NCBI GenBank assembly: GCA_039794045.1
Contig: JBAMLY010000009.1
Span: forward strand, 1-27,255
Direction of reading: 5' to 3'
Length of the DNA: 27,255 bases
Source: Candidatus Micrarchaeia archaeon
Lineage (GTDB): Archaea > Micrarchaeota > Micrarchaeia > Norongarragalinales > UBA8480
Of this stretch, positions 17,217 through 24,533 are shown one piece after another. The notes beneath the pieces are model-generated. The model was not told the DNA's origin, did no database searches, and was given only the letters and a program-made list of their open reading frames with translations. Both the position numbers and the translations under genes were made by a program. Each line of letters starts with the position of its first letter. The stretch's first letter is position 1.

Positions 17217-18152
17217 ATGATTTGCATAATCGCGTTGATAGTTTTTGGCATGCTGGCGATCTTCAGCGCCAAGTACAGGCCGCTGGCGGCCGAGGCTTTC
17301 GACTGTGTGTTCAGAAGGCTGACGCTCCGCAAGTGCGAGAGCAAGCTCGACGAGCGTATTAAGGCGACGTTAGTGGCAAAAACTATTCCGCACTCGCCGC
17401 GCCTGGCTCGCGCGTTGAACAAGTACTTTGAAGTATTCTCCTGGATTCTCGTGATAGTGACTTTCACTAGCTTGTTCTTTGCCGCGCAAGGCGTTTACAA
17501 TTTCGTGGTTTACGGCAACTGCAACGGCCCAGAAGGCGGGTTCTGCGTATTCAACCCACTTGCGAACGGAACGGCAAGCAGCAGCCTTAGTTCTTGTTCG
17601 ACTGGAGGACCGCAAGGCAAGCTTGTTGCGCCGCCTCTTGAAGGAGGGATAACGCTCGGCTCGCCTGACGCGCCAGTAAAGCTCGTGGAATTCGGGTGCT
17701 ATGATTGCCCTTACACGAAGCAAGCAGAGCCCACAGTGCAGCAGTTGCTGCGCGACTACGACAACAAGATTTACTTTGTTTTCAAGCCGTTCCCAATTCC
17801 TTCTCACAAGGGAAGCAAGCTCGTTGCGCAAGCAGCATTCTGCGCCGCAAAGCAAGGCTCCCGTGCTTACTGGAGGTACCATGCTGCGTTGTTTGAAAAC
17901 CAGGAAAAGCTCTCGCAGGGAAGCGCGGTGCTCCAGCAACTAGCGCAACAAATGGGTTTGAATGCTTCTGCGCTCGCAGAATGCATTCAAGAAAACCAAA
18001 CCGTTTCAGAAGTCAACCAAATGGTAGAGCAAGGAATTGCTTCAGGAATTTACGGCACTCCAACTTTCTTCGTGAACGAAAAGCCACTCGTGGGCCCCCA
18101 GCCTTACGGCGAGTTCGCGAGAGCAATCGAGGAAGAGGAAAGGAAGGCGTGA
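17217..18152 (+). CDS. Two-TM Cys-rich membrane domain fused to a DsbA/BdbD-like thioredoxin domain
   Basis: LGSPDAPVKLVEFGCYDCPYT, FPIPSH, YWRYHAALF, GIYGTPTFFVN. Confidence 0.85.
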   Translation: MICIIALIVFGMLAIFSAKYRPLAAEAFDCVFRRLTLRKCESKLDERIKATLVAKTIPHSPRLARALNKYFEVFSWILVIVTFTSLFFAAQGVYNFVVYGNCNGPEGGFCVFNPLANGTASSSLSSCSTGGPQGKLVAPPLEGGITLGSPDAPVKLVEFGCYDCPYTKQAEPTVQQLLRDYDNKIYFVFKPFPIPSHKGSKLVAQAAFCAAKQGSRAYWRYHAALFENQEKLSQGSAVLQQLAQQMGLNASALAECIQENQTVSEVNQMVEQGIASGIYGTPTFFVNEKPLVGPQPYGEFARAIEEEERKA

Positions 18153-18154
18153 AA

Positions 18155-19366
18155 ATGGGTTTCAACGCATTCAAGGCACGTGAAGACTTTCCGTTGTTGC
18201 AGAAGAGACGAAAACTCGTTTACTTTGACAACGCCTGCACGACGCTCAAGCCAATGCAAGTGATAGACGCGATCAACAACTATTACTTGGAGCACAGCGG
18301 GTGCGCGGGGCGGTCGCAGCACGCGCTCGGAAATGAAGCCGAACAAATATTCGAGGAAAGCCGCAAGAAAGTGGCGAGGTTCGTTAACGCGAAGCCAGAA
18401 GAAGTGGTTTGGACGCGCAACGCGACTGAAGCACTCAACCTCGTTCTGCACTCGCTTCCCTTCGAAAACGAACGCAACACTATACTGACCACGAACATGG
18501 AGCACCACAGCGCGCTCTTGCCGTGCCAGAAAATAGCGAGAGAGAAAAAACTTAAGCTAGACTTCGTTATCGCAGACAAGCAAGGAATTGTGCACGCCGA
18601 ACAATTCAAGGAAAAAATAAGCGAGAAAACAAGGGTCGTAGTAGTACACCACACCACCAACACTACTGCGACGAAGGCGCCATTGAAAGAAATAATTCGC
18701 GTGGCGCACGACCACGGAGCCCTCGTATTAGTGGATGCGGCGCAGGGAGCCCCGCACTCTCCAATAGACTTTCACGCGTTGGACGCTGACTTCATGGCTT
18801 TCAGCGGCCACAAAATGTGCGGGCCCACTGGAATAGGCGTGCTTTGCGCGAGAAAAAAACTCCTCGAAGAAATTCCTCCTTTCCTCGTTGGCGGCGAGAC
18901 AGTCAAAAGCGCTTCCCTTGAAAGCGCGGAATTCTTGGAGCCGCCGCACAAATTCGAGGCAGGAATACAGCACTACGCGGGCGCGGCGGGGTTGGCGGCA
19001 GCGTGCGATTACTTGTCTAGAATCGGAATGCGCGCCATAGAAGAATACGAGGAAAAACTGGCGGCCGCGCTCTTGCAGGAACTCGCTTCCGCGAACGCCG
19101 TAGTCTACGGCCCAACCGATGCCTCAAAGAAGGGAGCGCTTGCTGCCTTCAACTTAAAGGGCGCTAAGAACCCCCACGAAGTCGCCATAATGCTTGACAA
19201 GAGTGCTTCAATAGCTGTTCGCTCTGGAATGTTTTGCGCGCAGCCAGCCGTAGAGCACTTGGGGGCAATTAACGGAGCAGTCCGCGCCTCCCTCTACTTC
19301 TACAATACTTTAGAGGAAGTCTCCTTATTCGGCGAATGGCTGAAGAAGCTATCCCAACTCTATTAA
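18155..19366 (+). CDS. sufS: Cysteine desulfurase (group II, SufS-like, class V aminotransferase)
   Basis: REDFP, YFDNA, EHHS, DAAQ, SGHKMCGPTG (PLP Lys), RSGMFCAQP (catalytic Cys), RASLYFYN. The true start is ATG 18155. Confidence 0.9.
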   Translation: MGFNAFKAREDFPLLQKRRKLVYFDNACTTLKPMQVIDAINNYYLEHSGCAGRSQHALGNEAEQIFEESRKKVARFVNAKPEEVVWTRNATEALNLVLHSLPFENERNTILTTNMEHHSALLPCQKIAREKKLKLDFVIADKQGIVHAEQFKEKISEKTRVVVVHHTTNTTATKAPLKEIIRVAHDHGALVLVDAAQGAPHSPIDFHALDADFMAFSGHKMCGPTGIGVLCARKKLLEEIPPFLVGGETVKSASLESAEFLEPPHKFEAGIQHYAGAAGLAAACDYLSRIGMRAIEEYEEKLAAALLQELASANAVVYGPTDASKKGALAAFNLKGAKNPHEVAIMLDKSASIAVRSGMFCAQPAVEHLGAINGAVRASLYFYNTLEEVSLFGEWLKKLSQLY

Positions 19367-19437
19367 GGCGCCCAGAACGCAAACCTTTTTTTATTCCTCT
19401 TAAAAAATTATTTCAAGAATTTTTGAGGTGCGTTATT

Positions 19438-20055
19438 TTGAGTGACAAGGTTTTACTTGTTCTCGCGTTGTTCGCGGCGCTGCTCTTGCTTGGTTGCACG
19501 CAGCAAGCCCCCCAAAGTCCTTCGCCGTCGCAAGCTCAAGCTACTGCCGCAACGGCTTTGACTCCATCGCCTTCAACGGAAAACATTCCGTTCTCTTCCC
19601 CTTCAGTCACTCCCGCGGCCACCGCCAAACCTTCCCTGCAACCCGGCGACGCATTCATCCCCGAAACCACTGCCACTCCAACTCCAACTCCCGTGCCCAC
19701 GCCAACTCCTTCCCCCACGCCTGAAAGACAAGTTTTCTACATCAACGCCAGCCAGTGGCAGTTCACTCCAGACCGCATCACTGTAAAGGCAGGCACGCCA
19801 GTGCGCTTCATCGTGCAAGCACTCGACAACGGAAGCGGGCAAGGACACGGCATAGCAATAGACAACCCCGAGTGGGGCTTCAGGCGCATTCTCGTTGGCC
19901 CCGACTTCAACCCCGCAACAGGCAAGAAAGACAAGTACTATCCAGTCACCATCGACTTTACTCCCACCACGCCAGGAACGTACACTTACTACACGCAAGT
20001 CAACACTGGCTCTGGCACGCCACAAGAAAAAGGAACTCTCGTAGTGACTCCTTGA
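19438..20055 (+). CDS. Lipoprotein with a P/T-rich linker and a cupredoxin-like domain lacking Cu ligands
   Basis: TTG after GAGGTG, lipobox LLLGC, (TP)n linker, QWQFTPDRITVKAG..HG..FTPTTPGTY..KGTLVV. Confidence 0.8.
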   Translation: MSDKVLLVLALFAALLLLGCTQQAPQSPSPSQAQATAATALTPSPSTENIPFSSPSVTPAATAKPSLQPGDAFIPETTATPTPTPVPTPTPSPTPERQVFYINASQWQFTPDRITVKAGTPVRFIVQALDNGSGQGHGIAIDNPEWGFRRILVGPDFNPATGKKDKYYPVTIDFTPTTPGTYTYYTQVNTGSGTPQEKGTLVVTP

Positions 20056-21446
20056 TGCAGTCCCTCGCGACGGCTTGGAACAAGCTCTTGCGAAAAGCAA
20101 GCAACACAACCATCGCAGGAAAAAAAATATTGTGCGCTTACAATGCACTAGTCGACTGCCAAGTTTTCCTCTCGCGAAAGCAGTTGGCTGAAGCCGCACG
20201 CAAGGCATCCTTTCCTCCCACCGAGCCAGCCAAGGTAACAAGCGACGAAGAACTCGCCAACGAGCTAATGCTTTGCTTCGCGCAAGGCAAGGCAGGACAC
20301 AAGCCCACCACCAACGAATTCGCTTCAACTCTCCCCAAAAAGTTTCCGAGGCACGCCAGAAAACTTGGCGGACAAGCAGGCATTATTTCCAGCCAGCTAT
20401 CACGCCTCGGCGCCACAACGGTGCTCTACACTCCAAACCGCCCCCTCGAAACATTCAAGCTCCTCCACGAGAAAGTATTGTTCCCGACCACGACAACGAA
20501 CGGCGAACTAGTGCTTGAAAGCGCGCGCAACGCGTGCCGCAAAAGCGACCCACAAAAAACGAATTGGATTCTTGAATTCAGCAAAGGACAAAGCGTGCGC
20601 GCGCACGACAGAATCGTTTCCTGCCCGCGCTCTAACCGCTTAATCCTCGCCACTCCCTTTCCCGGCACGCCATCATTCGACGAAGAAACGATGAAGGTCT
20701 TGCCTCAACTCGGCAAAAAAATCGATTGTGTAGTGCTCGCCGGACACCACTACCTCCTCCCAAAATACGACAACGGGAAGACCTTCGACTACTACGTGAA
20801 ACTAGAAGAACGCGCCATCAAAGCACTAAAGAAAGGCAACCGCCGCCTGCGCGCGCACCTCGAATTCGTTCCGTTTCCCTGCCAAGAAATACAGGAAAGC
20901 GTGGTAAAGCACGCCACAAAAAACTTTGACAGCCTGGGATTGAATGAAGTAGAAGCGCTTCAACTCGCAGGCAAGGCAAGCCACGGCACGCCAAAGCAAG
21001 AAAGCGCTTCCTTGCTTTACGAGAGCGCGCTCGCCATCCTTCGCGAAACAAGGATACAGAGAGTCCACGTGCACGCGCCAGGACTTCAAGTCATAGTCTT
21101 ACGGAAGCCGTGCGCAGTCCCACCAGAAAAAGCTAGGAACGCCGCCCTCTTCGCTTCCCTCGCAGCGACGACGAAGGCGAGGGTAGGACGTGAGTTCTCG
21201 GCCGCCGAAATGCAGGCGACAACACGCAAGCCAGTCTCCGCCCGCGGCTTGAAGCAGTTAATTGAGTTCGCAACCGAAAACAAGCTACCAAAAAAATTTT
21301 GTTTGGAGGGAATCGCGGAATTCGGGGACCACTACGCCCTAGTAATTCCATCGCAATTCCAGGAAAAAAGCAATGGAACTGTGGGGCTCGGAGACGTTTT
21401 AAGCGGTTGCGCTTTCGCCGCCGAAACACCTGCCTCGGCGCCCTAA
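20055..21446 (+). CDS. ADP-dependent glucokinase/phosphofructokinase family
   Basis: AYNALVD, LGGQAGI, NWILEF, SNRLI, HLEF, SLGLNEVE, TVGLGD. ATG overlaps the upstream TGA. Confidence 0.92.
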   Translation: MQSLATAWNKLLRKASNTTIAGKKILCAYNALVDCQVFLSRKQLAEAARKASFPPTEPAKVTSDEELANELMLCFAQGKAGHKPTTNEFASTLPKKFPRHARKLGGQAGIISSQLSRLGATTVLYTPNRPLETFKLLHEKVLFPTTTTNGELVLESARNACRKSDPQKTNWILEFSKGQSVRAHDRIVSCPRSNRLILATPFPGTPSFDEETMKVLPQLGKKIDCVVLAGHHYLLPKYDNGKTFDYYVKLEERAIKALKKGNRRLRAHLEFVPFPCQEIQESVVKHATKNFDSLGLNEVEALQLAGKASHGTPKQESASLLYESALAILRETRIQRVHVHAPGLQVIVLRKPCAVPPEKARNAALFASLAATTKARVGREFSAAEMQATTRKPVSARGLKQLIEFATENKLPKKFCLEGIAEFGDHYALVIPSQFQEKSNGTVGLGDVLSGCAFAAETPASAP

Positions 21447-21491
21447 TGACTTATTAATTTCTTGCTGCAGTAAAACAATGAGGAGAACAAG

Positions 21492-22901
21492 ATGGCTTTC
21501 AAGATCTACAACACGATGAGCCGCGCCAAAGAAGAATTCCACCCCCTCGAAAAAGGCGTCGTGAAAATGTACGCGTGCGGCCCCACAGTATACAACTTCG
21601 CGCACATCGGCAACCTGAAAACTTATGTTTTCGAGGACGTACTGCGCCGCTACCTTGAATTCAAGGGATTTAAAGTAATGCAAGCAATGAATTTGACTGA
21701 CGTTGACGACAAAACCATTCGCGACTCAAGAAAGAAAGGAATTCCGTTACGCGAGTTCACAGACGAATACATTAAAGCATACTTTGAAGACCGCCGAACA
21801 CTCAACTTAGAAGAACCAGAAGTGTGGTGCCGCGCAACAGACTACATTCCGGAAATGGTGGCGCTAGTAAAAAAGCTGCTCGACAAAGGCTTTGCCTACA
21901 AGAGCGAAGACGAAAGCATTTACTTCAGCATAAAGAAATTTCCTTCTTATGGCAAGCTCTCACGCGTCTCCATCAAGGGCTTGAAGGCCGGAGCGCGCGT
22001 GCGCACGGACGAGTACGAGAAAGAAAACGTCAGCGACTTCGTGTTGTGGAAGGCATGGGACGAGGAAGACGGGGACGTGTTTTGGGAGACTGAGCTCGGC
22101 AAGGGAAGGCCGGGCTGGCACTTGGAGTGCAGTGCAATGAGCTTGAAGGAACTCGGAGAAAGCTTTGACATTCACTGCGGCGCCGTCGACTTAATTTTCC
22201 CCCACCACGAGAACGAGATAGCACAAAGCGAGGCAGCAACAGGCAAGCCTTTCGCACGCTACTGGGTGCACGGCGCGCACCTGATGGTGGACGGCAAGAA
22301 GATGGCGAAGCGCTTCAACAACTTTTACACTCTACGCGACTTGCTCGCTAAAGGATTCAAGCCAGCAGGCATTCGTTACTTCTTGCTCTCATCGCATTAC
22401 AGGATGCCACAAAACCTTACTTTTGAAGCCCTGCAAGGAAGCCAGAAAACCGTTGAAGGAATATTCAACTTCGTCAACAGGCTCCGCGAATACGAGGGAG
22501 GCACTGAAAGCAGGGAGGCAAGCGCGGCAGTCGAAAGAATGAAGAACGAATTCGAGCAAGCAATGGACGACGACTTGAACGCACCCCAGGCACTAGCCGC
22601 GTTCTTTGAAATGCAGCGCGCCCTCAACAAGCTAATGGAAGAAAAAGCGATGAGCAAACAAGACGCAGACAACGCCCTGCAAGCAATCAACAGAATTGAC
22701 TCCGTGCTCGGACTCCTGCGCTTTATGGAGCCAGCAACGCCTCCCATCCCAAGAGAAGAAATAGACGAACTAATCGCGAAACGCGAGGAAGCGAAGGCCA
22801 GGAAAGACTACAAGACCGCCGACGCAGTGCGCGCGCGCCTCAACAAACTCGGCGTAATCGTGGAAGACACTTCAAGCGGACCAAAGTGGAGGCTCGCCTG
22901 A
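21492..22901 (+). CDS. cysS: Cysteine--tRNA ligase
   Basis: YACGPTVY, HIGN, GRPGWHLECS, FPHHENE, KMAKR (KMSKS equivalent), DDLN and the DALR-type C-terminus. Confidence 0.98.
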   Translation: MAFKIYNTMSRAKEEFHPLEKGVVKMYACGPTVYNFAHIGNLKTYVFEDVLRRYLEFKGFKVMQAMNLTDVDDKTIRDSRKKGIPLREFTDEYIKAYFEDRRTLNLEEPEVWCRATDYIPEMVALVKKLLDKGFAYKSEDESIYFSIKKFPSYGKLSRVSIKGLKAGARVRTDEYEKENVSDFVLWKAWDEEDGDVFWETELGKGRPGWHLECSAMSLKELGESFDIHCGAVDLIFPHHENEIAQSEAATGKPFARYWVHGAHLMVDGKKMAKRFNNFYTLRDLLAKGFKPAGIRYFLLSSHYRMPQNLTFEALQGSQKTVEGIFNFVNRLREYEGGTESREASAAVERMKNEFEQAMDDDLNAPQALAAFFEMQRALNKLMEEKAMSKQDADNALQAINRIDSVLGLLRFMEPATPPIPREEIDELIAKREEAKARKDYKTADAVRARLNKLGVIVEDTSSGPKWRLA

Positions 22902-22902
22902 C

Positions 22903-23400
22903 TCACTTTCCAGCCTTCCTTCTCTTGCCTGGCTTCAACGCAGCCTTTGCTTGCTTTGCCTGCGGCACCGACAAAGGCTGTGCCGGCGTTCCAGACGCTA
23001 GCGCCTGACTCAAAGCATTCTCTAACTGCTTGAGCGCTTCACGTTTGAAGTTGCCCCTGAAAACTATGCCGTTGCCTGTTTGAATGTCTACGTGAATGAG
23101 TTCAGGCACGTAATTTCGTCCTTCCTCGTCAAGCACTTTCGGGTAGGCAAGAGGGTAAACCCTGAAGCCGAGGCTGCTAGACTGAATGCTTTCCTTGCCG
23201 CTGGCACCCAAGAATTCCTTGAAAGCGTTTGGCGCGAGCGCCTTCAACAATAACAAGAGCAAGAAATTGGTTGCCACCAATACCGCAAACAAGGCAACCA
23301 AGGAAAAGTCGCCTGCCAAAGCAGCCAAAACCATTGCCGCCACGCCAACCCAGAAAACGGCGTTGACTATGAACTGCCTAAGAACTCCCCAGTAAGCCAT
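22903..23400 (-). CDS. Hypothetical membrane protein (2 TM + small soluble domain)
   Basis: ATG after an AGATG SD-like site. Two hydrophobic helices and a basic tail. Fills the gap between cysS and nth. Confidence 0.7.
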   Translation of the reverse strand: MAYWGVLRQFIVNAVFWVGVAAMVLAALAGDFSLVALFAVLVATNFLLLLLLKALAPNAFKEFLGASGKESIQSSSLGFRVYPLAYPKVLDEEGRNYVPELIHVDIQTGNGIVFRGNFKREALKQLENALSQALASGTPAQPLSVPQAKQAKAALKPGKRRKAGK

Positions 23401-23447
23401 TCAAACATCTCTTGAAATCTTATTTGCCAATAAAAATTAATAAGCGT

Positions 23448-24122
23448 TTAGGCGAAACCACGCCTGCGAGCAAAAGCACACAATCTCTTCAGTGGGCATT
23501 TGGAACAGAAAGGTTTTCGCGGCCTGCAAACCGTGCGCCCCAACTCGATGAGGTTGAGGTGGCAAGAAAGCTTGTGCGAATCCGAAACAACAGCGTTCAG
23601 TTTTTCCTGCGCCTTCTCGCGTGAAAACTTTTTTGGAACAATTCCAAGCCGCCTCGCAACGCGGTAAACGTGAACGTCAACCGCCAAGAGCGGTTTGTTG
23701 AACGCGAAAGCGAGGACGACTGCCGCAGTCTTCGGCCCCACTCCCTTCAGCGAAGTAAGAAAATTCATTCCCTCCGCCACACTTTCCCTTGCAAGAAAAT
23801 CTATGTTGAGTTCGCCGCGCCTGCGCTTGATTTCAGCAAGCGCTTCCTTTACGCGCTTCGCCTTCAAGTTGTAGAAGCCGCTCCTATGAATGGCGCGCGC
23901 AACCTCCTTTTCTGGCGCCTGAAGGACTAGCTCCCACTCAGGAAAACAACGCTTTAGCTCGTCGAACGCGGGCTCGCTGTTGCGGTCGCTCGTGTTCTGA
24001 GACAAAATCGTTTGAACTAGCAAGTCCATCGCGTCGGGCTCTGGCTTCAAGCCGGTGCGCTTGCCGAACCTATGCTCGAGCGCGCTGCACACCCTCCGCA
24101 TGAACTCTTTCTCGTTTTCCAC
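23448..24122 (-). CDS. nth: Endonuclease III family DNA glycosylase/AP lyase with a 4Fe-4S cluster
   Basis: ILSQNT, HhH LKGVGPKTA, VDVHV, C-x6-C-x2-C-x5-C. Confidence 0.95.
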   Translation of the reverse strand: MENEKEFMRRVCSALEHRFGKRTGLKPEPDAMDLLVQTILSQNTSDRNSEPAFDELKRCFPEWELVLQAPEKEVARAIHRSGFYNLKAKRVKEALAEIKRRRGELNIDFLARESVAEGMNFLTSLKGVGPKTAAVVLAFAFNKPLLAVDVHVYRVARRLGIVPKKFSREKAQEKLNAVVSDSHKLSCHLNLIELGRTVCRPRKPFCSKCPLKRLCAFARRRGFA

Positions 24123-24158
24123 GCATTCTTTAATACGCCCACCATAAAATTAGTTTGC

Positions 24159-24533
24159 ATGAAAAAACTCGTTTTCGTCGTCCACGACCATTACGCCAAA
24201 CACCACCACCACGACCTGCGCCTAGAAGTGAACGACGTTCTCAAGAGCTGGGCTGTTCCAAAAGGCGTTCCAGAAAAAGCTGGCGTCAAGCGGCTTGCAG
24301 TGACAGTAGACGACCACCCGCTTTCCTACGCTGGTTTCAAGGGAACAATTCCAGCTGGAGAGTACGGCGCTGGCGAGGTAAAAATTTTTGACGAGGGAGA
24401 ATACGAGTTAGTTGAGTACGGCAAGCGCGCAATAAAATTCGTGTTGCACGGCAAGCGATTGCGCGGAGAATATGAGTTGATCAACTTCAAGGGCGACGGC
24501 AAGAACTGGTTGTTGTTTAAGAAGAAAGGCTAG
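24159..24533 (+). CDS. Stand-alone LigD 3'-phosphoesterase (PE) domain
   Basis: FVVHDH...HHDLRLE, LKSWAVPKG, KRLAV..DHPLSY, GEYGAGEV, LHGKRLRG, WLL. Start is ATG 24159. Confidence 0.95.
   Translation: MKKLVFVVHDHYAKHHHHDLRLEVNDVLKSWAVPKGVPEKAGVKRLAVTVDDHPLSYAGFKGTIPAGEYGAGEVKIFDEGEYELVEYGKRAIKFVLHGKRLRGEYELINFKGDGKNWLLFKKKG

Noticed and set aside
17981..18154. N-terminal extension of SufS
   Set aside because: It overlaps the DsbA-like gene. Family similarity begins after ATG 18155.
19660..19725. ACTCCA-like tandem repeats
   Set aside because: They encode the (Thr-Pro)n linker of the lipoprotein.
19755..20054. 100-aa N-terminal extension of the ADP-kinase in the ORF track
   Set aside because: It overlaps the lipoprotein gene in another frame. 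ATG 20055 gives normal size and stop-start coupling.
24195..24215. His run (KHHHHD) as a tag or separate metal site
   Set aside because: It falls within the LigD PE catalytic H-x-D-x-R strand.
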